DNA of 64,000 nucleotides from Callorhinchus milii (Eukaryota), in assembly GCF_018977255.1 (NCBI RefSeq), contig NW_024704742.1:19780001-19844000 (forward strand). Direction: 5' to 3'. Shown here one piece after another: positions 1 through 12,936 of the stretch. Every line of letters starts with the position of its first letter. The first letter of the stretch is position 1. The notes under the pieces were generated by a model, which saw only the letters and a program-made list of their open reading frames with translations, had not been told where the DNA came from and ran no database searches. Made by a program: the position numbers and the translations under genes.

Positions 1-664
<664 letters not shown>

Positions 665-774
665 TCACTGAGGGCAGAGGCGGCTCTGGGGACTGGTCCG
701 GCCCGGGTCAGGGGGGTGGGGGGTGCGGGGGGGGGGGGGGGCGGGGGGGAGGGGGTGGGGGGGGCACTCCGGGA

Positions 775-830
775 GCTCACAGCGCGTTGCTATGGACGCC
801 AAACCTGGTCATTGACACTTCAGTGACGCT
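775..830 (-). promoter_or_regulatory. Promoter/non-coding first-exon region of the minus-strand gene: RFX X-box-like GTTGCTATGGACGC (786-799), half-CRE TGACG (824-828), splice donor GCT|GTGAGC at 781/780
   Basis: Motifs read directly; CpG-rich. Downstream on the minus strand a pyrimidine tract with AG acceptors (612-611 or 592-591) precedes the 568 ATG. Confidence 0.45.
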
Positions 831-949
831 GCTGCAGGGCAGCGAGGGGGGGGGGAGGGGGAGGGGAGTGAGGGGAGGGGGGCAGAGGGGAGGGAGGGGG
901 GGCAGAGGGGAGGGAGGGAGGGCAAAGAGGAGGGGAGGAGGGCAGAGAG

Positions 950-2110
950 GAGGGGAGTGAGTGAGTGCAGAGAGGAGGGGAGTGAGTGAGTGCAGACAGG
1001 AGGGGAGTGAGTGAGTGCAGACAGGAGGGGAGTGAGTGAGTGCAGAGAGGAGGGGAGTGAGTGAGTGCAGAGAGGAGGGGAGTGAGTGAGTGCAGAGAGG
1101 AGGGGAGTGAGTGAGTGCAGAGAGGAGGGGAGTGAGTGAGTGCAGAGAGGAGGGGAGTGAGTGCAGAGAGGAGGGGAGTGAGTGAGTGCAGAGAGGAGGG
1201 GAGTGAGTGAGTGCAGAGAGGAGGGGAGTGAGTGAGTGCAGAGAGGAGGGGAGTGAGTGAGTGCAGAGAGGAGGGGAGTGAGTGCAGAGAGGAGGGGAGT
1301 GAGTGCAAAGAGGAGGGGAGTGAGTGCAGAAAGGAGGGGAGTGAGTGCAGAGAGGAGGGGAGTGAGTGAGTGCAGAGAGGAGGGGAGTGAGTGCAGAGAG
1401 GAGGGGAGTGAGTGCAGAGAGGAGGGGAGTGAATGCAGAGAGGGGAGTGAGTGAGTGCAGAGAGGAGGGGAGTGAGTGCAGAGAGGAGGGGAGTGAGTGA
1501 GTGCAGAGAGGAGGGGAGTGAGTGAGTGCAGAGAGGAGGGGAGTGAGTGAGTGCAGAGAGGAGGGGAGTGAGTGAGTGAGTGCAGAGAGGAGGGGAGTGA
1601 GTGAGTGAGTGCAGAGAGGAGGGGAGTGAGTGAGTGCAGAGAGGAGGGGAGTGAGTGCAGAGAGGAGGGGAGTGAGTGAGTGAGTGAGTGCAGAGAGGAG
1701 GGGAGTGAGTGCAAAGAAGAGGGGAGTGAGTGCAGAGAAGAGGGGAGTGAGTGCAGAGAGGAGGGGAGTGAGTGAGTGCAGAGAGGAGGGGAGTGAGTGA
1801 GTGCAGAGAGGAGGGGAGTGAGTGAGTGCAGAGAGGAGGGGAGTGAGTGCAGAGTGGAGGGGAGTGAGTGAGTGCATAGAGGAGGGGAGTGAGTGGGTGC
1901 AGAGAAGAGGGGAGTGAGTGCAGAGAGGAGGGGAGTGAGTGAGTGAGTGAGTGAGTGAGTGAGTGAGTGAGTGCAGAGAGAAGGGGAGTGAGTGCAGAGA
2001 GGAGGTGAGTGAGTGCAGAGAGGAGGTGAGTGAGTGCAGAGAGGAGGGAAGTGAGTGCAGAGAGGAGGGGAGTGAGTGAGTGCAGAGAGGAAGGGGGAGA
2101 GTGCAGAGAA
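950..2110. repeat. Minisatellite, unit (GAGT)n-GCAGAGAGGAGGG, mostly 21/25/29 bp
   Basis: Tandem copies read directly; GAGT number varies in steps of 4 bp; explains the HSLTPLLSAL-type ORFs. Confidence 0.97.
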
Positions 2111-5100
2111 TTGAGTGAACCTTTCATGGGGAGTTTGTGAGATGGAGTTTGTCCAGCTCCAACTTCTCTCATCATATTCCAGCAATGATGGCAGGAAGAT
2201 CTTTGCCTCCATCAAAGCCCTTTTCCATGACTAAATAGTTTTGAAACCCACATCCTAAAACAGTAAACAGATGTGGAATATTATTGCAGCAGTGCTTCCC
2301 ACAGATAAAGCCTGGCTGATCCACGTGAACTAATTTGAAGATAATAATATAAAAATTCTTGCATTTGATATATCAATTTGTCCCATCATCAAGATGTCTC
2401 ACCACATTTCACGGGACATATTGTGAAGTGATATGACTGTGTGTATTTTGTGGGGAAACACGGCGGCCAATTTGCACACAGCAATGTCCCACAAATAGCC
2501 CTGGATTGAGGGTCTGATTTTATTTTAGGGGTTTGTTGGTCAGGACACAGGGAGAAACTCCCTTCTCTTTTTGAATTGTGCATCTGGTAAGTTACTCAGT
2601 CCCCGAAGGCTACGAATGTAATGTAAAATATTAGGAATAACATAATATAATATATAATATTATATAATATAGTTTGTTACTTATTGAAATTTCATGAAAT
2701 GAAAGTAAATGTAAATTGTGATGTAATTTTATATTAGGGAAAATGTTTTATGTATCTGGAATATTCTGTTACATTGCATTATCCCAAATTATCACATATT
2801 TTATGTTAACACTTGATAAAGGCTACTGTGATTGTGGGTAACAGGTGATATTCTCTATCCTTTGGTGTAATTCTCTGCTGATCAGTAGCTGAATATACAA
2901 TATTTAAGAAGTTTTACCTGCAGTTATTGTTGACTATGCAAATTCCTGAATTAGCACTTTTGTAGTTTTGTTTAGGGAGACAAAATGATTAAAGTCCAAA
3001 CCATTCCTGACTGTTTTAAATCATAAACAAATTCAGCTTCAGTGAAAACTGTTTACATGCAGGCACAATCAACTTACATGCAATTTTTGACAAGTCTAGC
3101 TTCTCTCATTGTTGATTTCACTCTAATAGATGCAAAGTTTAGTTATAATGTATGCAAAGTTTAGTTATTTGCATTCAAGTTCCTGATATCTGCCTGAAAT
3201 CTGCAGGTATATGCAAATATCTATTTTAGTGTATTCACAGAATTAAGGTACTTTCCCTACCATATGATTGGTATTTAATGGAAGTATTTAATTCTATATA
3301 TGCATTTAAATATATGATATATAAACTCTTTATTTCCTCCTCTGTTCAAGAAGGTTCTAACTCATGCTTGGATACGATTCTGGTTAAGCTTCAGTCCCTT
3401 GCTCAAAAGCTCATTTTTCACATATGCGCCTGGACAGTAAATATTGGAAAGCTATTCAAGCAGAGAGGCATCACAGGCAAGTAAGACAACCTGTCTTTGC
3501 TTGACATTTATTTTGCAGAAGAAATCAATGGATGAGTTTTGCTATCTTTGCTCTGGAGATTTCTGAAGCCAATTGTAACACTCTTGCAGCCATCCGGGCT
3601 GAGATCAGTTAACTCACCACATACAAGAAATTAATCAACAGCAAAAATGTTTTCAGTGAAAGTTGATTTTTATTTAAGAACACAAGAATTTGCTAGGTGA
3701 AAGAAGACCAAGGTCCATCGATGTTCGCCTTCCACCATCCTGGGAGTCGCTTGACATGTCGTATCCCAACCTATACATTGTATCCCCAGATATTATTTTC
3801 TAACAGAAATATAAGAACATAAGAATTAAAAATATTTTAAAACTATGCATTACTCTAACAAATTATAAATGCGAAACACAGCTGTATTGTTACAGCAGCT
3901 GTGTATATGAACTCTAAAGAACCTCTAGGCATGCTGAGTCACAGTATATAAACTAGGAGATAATACTGGCATTCAACCAACATTTGTCAGGATCGTCCTT
4001 CCTGACCCAATGTTGACTAAATCCTGCCAGAACAGTTTATTGCTGAGGACAGCCCTAACAAATTGACTTTATTGGTTTAATGCTAGCTACACTTTAGTCT
4101 GAATTGATGTTTACATTCATCGTTTCTTTTGCATGGTAGGATTTATCAGCAATCACAATTTTCCAAATAACTGTCGAATAAATGTAATCCATTTGACACT
4201 TTCCATAGTGTTAAGATAAAAGGAAGAACCCCCTCCGTCTGTGGATCTTACTATAAATCCATTGACATTTAATTTAGATGAAACAGAATTTAGAAATGCA
4301 AACTGAATTGTCCTGAAACAAGAAACAGCCAACCGCTTTACTGCTATTTATTTAGTTTAAAAGACAGTAGGTTACTTTGCTCTGTGCACTTTGCCCAGCA
4401 AATCCATTGATGTGGATGGACAAAGCACAATGCTGGTCTGTTCAGTAAGTATCATCATATTTGACCCTGTGCCCTCATAAAGCCGTGCAATGCAATTTGA
4501 AGTAAATTTAATTTTACATTTAGAATTTCAGTTGTATTACATTTAATTATAAACAGAAACCACATTGAATCAACTCTAAAAGTGTAATTCATTTCCAGTT
4601 TAAGTGGGATTGATTTGATTTTGAGTCTTACCCTCAAAACCACATGCCAGAGCTGGTTTCAGAATTGAATTTGTGCCAATAATAATAATAATTCTTGCAT
4701 GACTACAATACTCCTGGAGGGATGCATCTAATTTTCTAAACAACTTTCCAATGCAAATTTTTTTTACAAGTTTCTTGATGGGTTTTTCATGTTAATACAG
4801 CCCTGACTTTTAAATAACTTTAATAAAGTCCTTGAAGTCATCCTCAGATATGAATACCTCTTGAATTATACACAGGGAAGAGGTTACTCTTGAATATTCT
4901 CTGTATAGTTTCATCTTATAAATATTTTTTATTTAAACTAATTTTAATTAAAGTGCCATCTGGTTATCGAGGCAGGGCCAATTTTTGCATGTGGTGGGCT
5001 GAGTGGTCTGTAGCATTGCATTCCAATCCACTTTACTGATTTTCTTAAGAGTATCTGTGGTATAGTGACTTTTTTTTGGTTAGCCAGGTATCTGCCGCAT

Positions 5101-6415
5101 GCGGAAACCCATGCTTTAAGAGTATCCAAACCAAACTGGGAGTTCATTGCATCCCGCCTACATCTTTCGCCCACAAAATATAGTCATTTCACTTTAACCC
5201 ATATTCTGTGTAGTGATTTGAGACTTCTCGAAGACATGATGAGGCGCTATACCAAATGTATGGAAATGCTCCCCAAACAACAACCTTCTGCTTCCTTCCT
5301 TGACAGCCAATTTTAATCCATGTCCATGTCTTGCCCTTGATACTCAGTGAACGCCATTCGGAAACTCAGTGAACTCCGTTTCTGAAGGAGTCTTTCACGA
5401 GGTACTTTGTCAATAATAATAATCCTTGCATTTGATATAGCGCTTCTCATATCTTCTAGACGACTCAAAGTGCTTCACAGAATATACTGTACAATGAATT
5501 GACTGTATATTGGTGGGCGAAATGCCCCGAGAGTCAAACACTTTTTGGAAGTCTAGTTACACTGCATATTAACAGACCTAACCCAAAACAACATTTAATG
5601 ATCAAGTAATGATTAAGTTAAATCACGGAATGATTATTGATGGCCAGGTTATCTCTTTAGATCACTAACAGTATGCTACTATACAGGTAAACTACAATGA
5701 TTTGTGACATTCCAATATTTTTCTTCTATTTCTAGTCAAATTACTATTGTTTATGATTTGGGCATTTCATGTAGAGTATTCCTTGTCTCCGCATATCACT
5801 GAGACCCGATGCAGATTGAGCCCAGGTTATCACCCCAAGATAATTTTATCTTCTGTGTTGACAGACATAACTGCAGGCAGGAGCATGCTCCGATTGGTGC
5901 TTTGGCTCCTTGAGTTGAGAACATGGATGAATATCAAATGTTTTTGATCTTAACTTTTGTCAAGTCATGTCTCACTCCCCCTTCGTCAAGGGCATTTTAT
6001 TCATACCAACCCCACTGGGGGTATTTTCCTCCACAGAGTCCGTGTTTTATCAGCTGGAAAGGGAGAAACACTGAGTGGATCTACCAGAACTTGAACCTTT
6101 CGCTGAACTCATTTCCAACTGGGCTCATAACACTGAACTGTCACCAAATTGGCAGTTTCACACAGACCAGCCACATGATACTGTTTCTGCTCCTAACATC
6201 TTCCACCTTGATGAGCACGCAAAAAAGCAGGTATTTGTGAAAACATTTAATTTACATCATTATGTCTTCGGTGCATAAAGTCATGGCCTGTCCCACACCG
6301 ACAGTTATCCATCCATTTCTGCGAAGTATACCTCTTGCACTGTATTACGTCTCAACGATGTGATAAGATGTTTCGTTCACAAAAAGTCAATTCACTTTAC
6401 AGTATATTCTGTGAA

Positions 6416-8375
6416 CAACAACAAAATTACATTTGCATAGCGCCTTTCATGTCAGGAGGACCTTCCAAGGCGCTGGACAATCAGTGTTTCAGACCCAAGC
6501 TGGGAGTCAGGATCGGGGAGGGTGGAGAGCAGGGGGGTTGGCATGGTTGAAGAGGAGGGTCTTGAGATGGGTTTTGAAGGAGGCAAGGGAGGGGGTGAGG
6601 CGGAGAGACTGCGGGATGGAGTTCCAGAAGGTGGGGACAGTGGCAGAGGGCCCACCCGCCAATGGTGGGGGGGACGAGGCGGGAGATGTGAAGCAGGTCA
6701 GAGCCCGCTGAGCGGAGAGCGTGGGCAGGTTGGTAGGAAACTTGCCCAAGGTTTCGCCCTGCCTGGAAAGGCGAAACCTTGGGCAAGTTTCCTTACTCCA
6801 CACGCCTAATAATAATCCCTCCAAAACAAAACAGTAATAAATTGGTCCTTTTCAATCTACGACTGTTTGTGGACACTGCTGTGCGCAATTGGCTGCCGCG
6901 TTCGCCCACAAATATACAGTCAATTCACTTCGGAGAAACCGACAAGCAGGGAGTTTGCGTAGTCAAGCCTGGATATCTTAAATGTGTATATGAGGTTCTC
7001 GGCGGCCTGCGGTGTGAGACGGGTAGAGCCGGGCGATGTTGCAGAGGTAGGGCAAGGCAGAGCGGGACAATGGCACGGATGTGGGGTGGAAAGGATAGTT
7101 GAGGGTCAAACAAGATGCCAAGGTTCTGGACGGGCTTAGCAAGATGGAGTGTGCAACTATGGATGGTTATGCTGTCAGCGCCTGAGGTGAGGAGGTGCTG
7201 ACGGAAGCCAATCAGGAGAGCCTCGGTCTTGTTGACGTTCAACCGAAAAGTTAGCAATCATCCAGGATTTGATGTCTGACAGATGTTGTCAGGACTGCAG
7301 TGGCCCTGGAGTTGAGGGTGAAGACAGAAAGATAGAGTTGGGTGTCATTCGCATACATGTGGAAATTGATCCCATGTCGGCGGATGATGTCATCAAGAGG
7401 GAGCATGTAGATATTGAAGAGGAGGGGACCAAGGACAGAACCCTGAGGAACTCCGTACAAGAAGGGAGGGGGCTAGAGGAGAAGCCATTTGTGGAGATGA
7501 AGTGGAGACGGTGTGAGAGGTAGGATCTGAAACATTCATGGTCAGAACCATGAAGGTCAAAGAGGACGAGAAGGCAGAGGGAGCCCCCGTCACAGATGGG
7601 CAAATGTCATTTGTCACTTTGACCAGGGCTGTTTCTGTGCTGTGGGGGTTGCAAAAGGAGTGGAAGTAGCGAAGCTGGGAAGCAACGACTTGTTCCAGGA
7701 CCTTGGAAAGGAAAGGGAGGTTGGAGATGGGGCGGTAATTTGAAAGCAGGGATGGGTCCAGGGGGGGTTTTTTAAGGATAGGAGTGATGACGGAGGTTTT
7801 TAGAGGGATGGGAACGGTGCCAATGAACAGGGAGAGGTTTATGATGTCTGAGAGGAGGTGGAACTGGGAGGTAAGGAAACGGGTAAGGATGGGGTCGAGG
7901 AAGCGGGTGGTCGGTTTCGGGGTGGTGATGAGAGAAGAGGGGGGAAGATAGGTTCAAAGGTGTGGCAGGTGGGATAGGTAGGGACCGAGGTGGGAGGGGG
8001 AGATAGGGAGGGGGTAGTAGATGGATGGGCAGAGGCAGCTGAGCGGTTCCCCTTGACTTAGGTTTCAAGGAAGTCCAGCAACTCCTCGCAGTTGGCATTT
8101 GAGGTGAGGATGGGCGAGGAGTGAGAAGTGGGCGGAGGAGCCGGTTGGTGATGGAGAAGAGGAGCCTGGGGTTGTCCTTGGTCTCCGAGCTTGTCTTGGG
8201 AGTAGAAGGACAATTTAGCAGAGGTGAGGGCGGAGCGGTAAGATTCGATAAGGTCCAGCCACGTCTGCCGATGGACCGTTAAGTTGAGCCCGGCGCGTTG
8301 AGCGGCACCCGCGCCTGAGCCTTAAGGTGGCTGGTGTACCAAGGTGACTTCCGTGAGTAGAAGACGGTTCGGGAA
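6416..8375 (-). mobile_element. 5'-truncated, frameshifted L2-clade LINE (ORF2 RT region + 3' UTR)
   Basis: (CAA)n tail at 6416; ORF fragments [30 protein letters not shown] (YADD decayed), LNVNKTEALLIG; 5-bp TSD GTGAA (6411-6415 / 8376-8380). Confidence 0.92.
6735..6930 (+). mobile_element. Internal SINE fragment with a 24-bp foldback, inserted within the L2
   Basis: ggcgaaaccttgggcaagtttccttactccacacgcctaataataatccctcc...cagtcaattcactt matches the SINE at 47601. Confidence 0.85.
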
Positions 8376-9415
8376 GTGAAGCGCTTCGAGACGTATCAAA
8401 CGCGAGGGTTATTTATTATTATTATTATAACAATTATCAAATGCAATTGGATTGCTATTATTTTTTTTAGATCAGAAACGATTGCCATCTTCTGCCCTGG
8501 GGACTGTTTTGGGGAGAGAAGACGAGAGACTTTAAGGCTCTCTGAAAGGTTTTTTTTGGGGAGGGAGGGGGGTAGAGGATAAGAGGTACGAGGAGGCGGT
8601 AGAGAGTTGCTGGGGTGAGTTTTCTCAGCGAGTTTTAGTTGTGCAAAAGGAGTTTGTTTCTCCTCCTCCTCCTCCTCCTCCTCTCAGTGGCTGTTCGTCT
8701 CCTGGAGATTTGGCGTCGGTGATGGAACAAAGCAAACAGCAGCAGCAGTGGCGGCGGTTCGGGGTCGGGGTCCTTCTCGTCGGACGCAGACACTGAAGCC
8801 GGGGAAGGAAAATGAACCGCGGCGTTGCACTTTTCTCGCTCAGATAATATTTTGCATTTTGTTTTAATTTCACCTCCCTCTCCTTTTCTCCCTTCCTCCC
8901 TTCCTTCCTTCCTTCTTTCCTTTCTTTTCGTGGCTCCCGGATTACTCCACACACACACACACACAAAAAAACATCCCCAAACGCTCTGAGCAAAGAGGGA
9001 GGTGTGGGGGAGTGGGGGAGTGGAGGAAAAGAAAGAGGAGAAGTTTTATTTTTTTCTGGAGGGGGTTAAGAAAGAAAAGGAGAATAATCGACTGGAATAC
9101 CGTGTTTTGTTTTGCTTTTTTTTTTGCTTGTTAAAATTCCGATGGATGGATGGATGATGAGGGCGATGTGACTGGCGGTCGGTTCACTGCTGCTGTTGTT
9201 GCTGCTGCTGCAGCTGCAGCGGGTTGTTGATGCCGAGCGGCGGCGCCGGGCACTGAGGAGCAGCGCGGCGCGCGGGCGGCGCTCCTCCCGGGGCCCGGGT
9301 TCTAATCCCATTGTTTCGCAGCCAGTGACGCCGAGAGCTGGTGCCGGCGGCGCGTGTCCGCGTCCAGCCTCGCGCCAGAGGCGGCTTCAAACTCGCACCG
9401 AATAACCGTCACCCG

Positions 9416-9514
9416 GCTCCACCAGGGGGACCAAGGGCGACAACCCACCCCGCGCAGCTCCACCAGGGGGACCAAGGGCGACAACCCACCCCGCGCAGCT
9501 CCACCAGGGGGACC
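9416..9514 (+). repeat. 41-bp tandem repeat, about 2.4 copies (gctccaccagggggaccaagggcgacaacccaccccgcgca)
   Basis: Identical units at 9416-9456 and 9457-9497, partial unit at 9498-9514. Confidence 0.95.
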
Positions 9515-10041
9515 TCCCCCTCCGCTCCTCCACTCCCCGGCCCGGCTCCACCACAGGGACAACAAACCACTGCTCCGCCAGAAGGGGCAACAATTCACAG
9601 CTCCACCGCAGGCACAACAACTCCCGGCTCCAGCCGCAGGTACAGCAAACCCCGGAGCGGCGACCCCGGCCGGAGCAGAGGAGGGGGACAAGCTCCGGCC
9701 TCGACCCCCCGCCCCGCCCCGCCCCGGGCAGCGGAACACTCTCGAGGCTCCGGAGCTCCAGGTGAGGCCGCAGAGAGAGAAGGAGAGAGGAGAGAAGGAG
9801 AGAGGACAAACGCGGCCTCGACACCTGATTGCAGTCGCCCCAGAGAGAGACAGAGAGAGAGAGAGGGACCAAACAATCTCGTGCTGCTGCTCCTCCCCTC
9901 CCTCCCTCCCTCCCTCCCGGGCCCAGGAGAGGGAGAGGGCCGCGCCGCGCCCGGGGCTGAGGGTTGGAGAAGAGTCGAGAGGAGGAGGAGGAGGAGGGCC
10001 GAGGCCCTCTCCGGACAAGGAGAGGCCGGGGACCGGCGACC

Positions 10042-10110
10042 ATGGCGTCCTACGTGGACAACAGCTTCAGGCAGGCGGTCATGAAGAACCCGACCGAAAG
10101 GACGCAACAG
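10042..10110 (+). CDS. RAPGEF2: RAPGEF2 (PDZ-GEF1) first coding exon, MASYVDNSFRQAVMKNPTERTQQ, phase-0 donor
   Basis: Near-identical to the vertebrate RAPGEF2 long-isoform N-terminus (MASYVDNSFRQAVMKNPPERTPQ); strong Kozak gaccATGG; donor CAG|GTAAAG at 10110/10111. Confidence 0.95.
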
Positions 10111-12303
10111 GTAAAGCAACGGGTGGGGGTGAGGTGGGGGGGAGTGGGAGGTGGCGGCCCCTCTGGGGTCAGACATGTCGCTCACCTGTAGCTGCCCGTA
10201 AGAGACCAGAGGTTTTACCAGCAGTTAAAACACATTTAGACCCCCACAGATTCTCTCTGCCCCCCCCCAACATCCTACCCCCCCATCCCCCCACCACAAA
10301 TCCACCAAATACTGCATTAGCCCCTCTCTCCCCCCCTCCATAACACACACACACACACACACACAAAAGTGGCCCAATATTATGCACCGCCTCCTGTGGG
10401 GAGCAGCAGAGTTGGCCGTTTTAGGTACAGTACTTTGGAAACTAAAGGAAAGGGTCTTCCAAAGGTGGGGTCACAAAACGTTTTGCGGGTTGTAATTTTT
10501 TTTTAAAAAAAATTAGGGGCTCCACCCAAAAAGGTTTTACACGCGCAGTGCAACAAAAACAAACCCACCCCCCCTCCCCCCCCCCAAAAAAAAACCCACA
10601 CACGCCCCAATTCGGCGTGACCCCCAAATCTGTCCACATTGGCGGTGACCACCTCGCCCTCCCCCCCCCCCCCCCACTGCTCCCTTCTAACATGCTCCCT
10701 TCCCCTTCAATTCCCCTTCAACTCTTTCCGCTGCAAGGAATGACACTACAGGAATGTTCCCGAGACTTGGCAGCAGTTGTAAAGTTAGCTGACACGCATA
10801 ATAAGCTTTTGCATAAATCTGCACGGCTGCCCTCCCATAGCCGTGTCTGCTTTTGCATCTATGATCCTGGGAAGAAGCGTAGGGCACGTAAGAGCTTCAC
10901 TGGTACTGAAACGCAGCTTTGTATATTTTACAGCCACTACTCTTCTTTCTTTACTCCCTCCCCAACCCTTCCCCATCTCCCTAACCCGCACACCCCATGT
11001 CTCTAACCCGCACACCCCATGCGATTTTTACTTTGAATGTACTGTATCTTTTATGTGTGTTCAGTGCCCATTGAGTGGTTGAGCGCTCATAATCTCCAAA
11101 GCGGTACAGTACCACGTGTTACTGGTTGTGAATTTTGGGTTGTTCAGCCAAAAGATACATTTCTATTGAAAATCACCATTTTAAGAAAAACTTCCTGCTT
11201 TTAAATTAAACAGGTTATTCTAACAGTTTCTTTTAAATTCCCCGGTAAAATGTGGGACACTTAATGATTCGGGGTAATCAAGTTTGAGTATTATAAATAG
11301 ATTAGAACAGTGATTTGGGATCCAGAATATTGATGTGTATTCGTTTTTAATGTTGTGCCTGTATGCCCAGTACAAAATTGTGTTTTTACATTGTGAGTTT
11401 TGCATCATTTGAACGAACAAAGTCACGGCCAAGGAGTTGAAGGTTTAAGCAGCAATCGGACAGGATCATTTCTTACAATTCAAGTTTCAACTAATCTGAA
11501 AAATAAATTTAAAAGAAATGTGCAGTGTACTAGGTATGAGTATTAACTAGTGTAAGATTATACTGTAATTAGTGAGATGTAGTATTTCAATAATTTGAAA
11601 CCCATCATATAAACTTGAAATACACAACAGGTCAATCAGCACGTGAAAGATGTCGGCTGATATAATATCTGAAATGTTAGCCTGCCCTTTTCTCTTATGT
11701 ACTGATTGACCTTTTGTTTTTTTTAAAGAATTTTTTCCTTTTCACTTCTGAATTCTGGTAATTGGTGACTTTATGATTTCTTCCACTGAAGTTTCTATTT
11801 GTGTGTTCTAGTTGTTAGGTTAATGATGAGTTTGACTAAATTTGAATGTTGCAACTTAAACATTTGTCATTGTTTCTTGATTGATCAAACATAAACCACG
11901 TTCACCCACAAAACACACAGCTACTGCACTTTAAGGTTTATCCTGTGAAGTGCTTTAAGATGTCCTTTGTGAAGTGCTTTAGGATGTCCACCCTGATGTG
12001 AAAGGTGCTATACCAAATGTAAAGATTTTTTTAAAAATGCATATTTGGGACCCATCAGGTGAACTGAAATGGTCTTTTCCAATTGCATACATCCTACAAT
12101 AAATTCATTCATCCACCAGTTGCAAAGACACTGCTGGGAATATTTTAAAACATTCCTTTTCACGAATGAGATTGTGTTAAAGATCATTCCTCTGATTTAA
12201 AAACCTGTTTCTATGTAATTTACAAGTTTGCTACTAGTCAAATCTATAGTCTGTCTGAGTTGTGTCCTGTCACTTTGAAGAACACATTATCTGCCTACAG
12301 GTG

Positions 12304-12382
12304 ACAACAACAAAATTACATTTGTATAACCCCTTTCACGTCGGGAGGACATCCCAAGGCGCTGGCCAGTCAGTGTTTCAGT
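12304..12382 (-). mobile_element. L2 3'-tail fragment
   Basis: acaacaacaaaattacatttg...tttcacgtcgggaggacatcccaaggcgctgg. Confidence 0.85.
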
Positions 12383-12936
12383 AACATTTTGACCGTAACA
12401 TATCTGATAAAAATGCTCAAAGTTAATGTTAAGGTCCAAATGATAATAGTTGGAAGGGGTTAGTAGGTATTAGGAAAATAATTTTTATTCTGTATTTAAA
12501 ACATTTAGGGTGGCATATGGAGATAATCAGTTAACAGCTAATCCTGCCATACGACTAAGTAATTGCTTTAGATTTACAAAAACGAATGCTATGTTCTCAT
12601 TAGCCTGAATGTTGTGCCTCCACTGCTAAATGTTAGACCTTTCTTTGAATCATTTGACAGTTTTAGTGATGACACTTCAGTGGGTTCAATCAATATAATT
12701 TTAGTTTTAACAAACCTCTTTAGTTTATTAATAGGAAATGGTTTGGAGAGAGTCCGCAATAATATGGTTGTGATTTAATTGGGATTCTTTGCTGTTGTGG
12801 TTTATGCTGCTATCTGAACCTCTACATTAAATTGCAGTCTTATGAATCACTTGCAGTAAATTTTCAACTAAATTTTGCAAGATTGGAACAAGAACTTCCA
12901 GTCAACGTATTTTCTGTATTTTTAGAATTGCTTTTA

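Larger units (their letters stand above)
6370..8430 (+). mobile_element. SINE 3' fragment split by the L2 insertion (6370-6415 and 8376-8430)
   Basis: ...tcaattcactttacagtatattctGTGAA [L2] GTGAAgcgcttcgagacgt...(tta)n reconstitutes the SINE 3' end seen in intact copies. Confidence 0.7.
8600..10200 (+). promoter_or_regulatory. RAPGEF2: CpG island / promoter and long 5' leader of RAPGEF2, with (CCT)n, (CCTT)n, (CA)n and (CTG)n microsatellites
   Basis: High GC and CpG density against a CpG-depleted background, directly upstream of the RAPGEF2 start codon; TSS cannot be fixed from sequence. Confidence 0.85.

Noticed and set aside
777..2215. 366-468 aa minus-strand ORFs, and a CRISPR-like look of the array
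   Set aside because: Minisatellite lacking stops in all three minus frames; no unique spacers or cas genes; eukaryotic context
5864..6230. Exon-like plus-strand segment (ttgacag| ... cag|gtattt)
   Set aside because: No continuous recognisable reading frame (TGA at 6072-6074 in the frame ending AKKQ); no homology recalled; could still be non-coding
10042..10110. Assignment to the paralogue RAPGEF6
   Set aside because: RAPGEF6 begins MNSPVDPGARQAL-like; this peptide matches RAPGEF2
9302..10343. Overlapping 196-329 aa ORFs on both strands
   Set aside because: Stop-poor CpG-island sequence with low-complexity translations; only 10042-10110 matches a known protein
10978..11021. Short tandem duplication ctaacccgcacaccccatg x2 (telomere-like CTAACCC)
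   Set aside because: Only two copies; an ordinary slippage duplication, not an interstitial telomeric array
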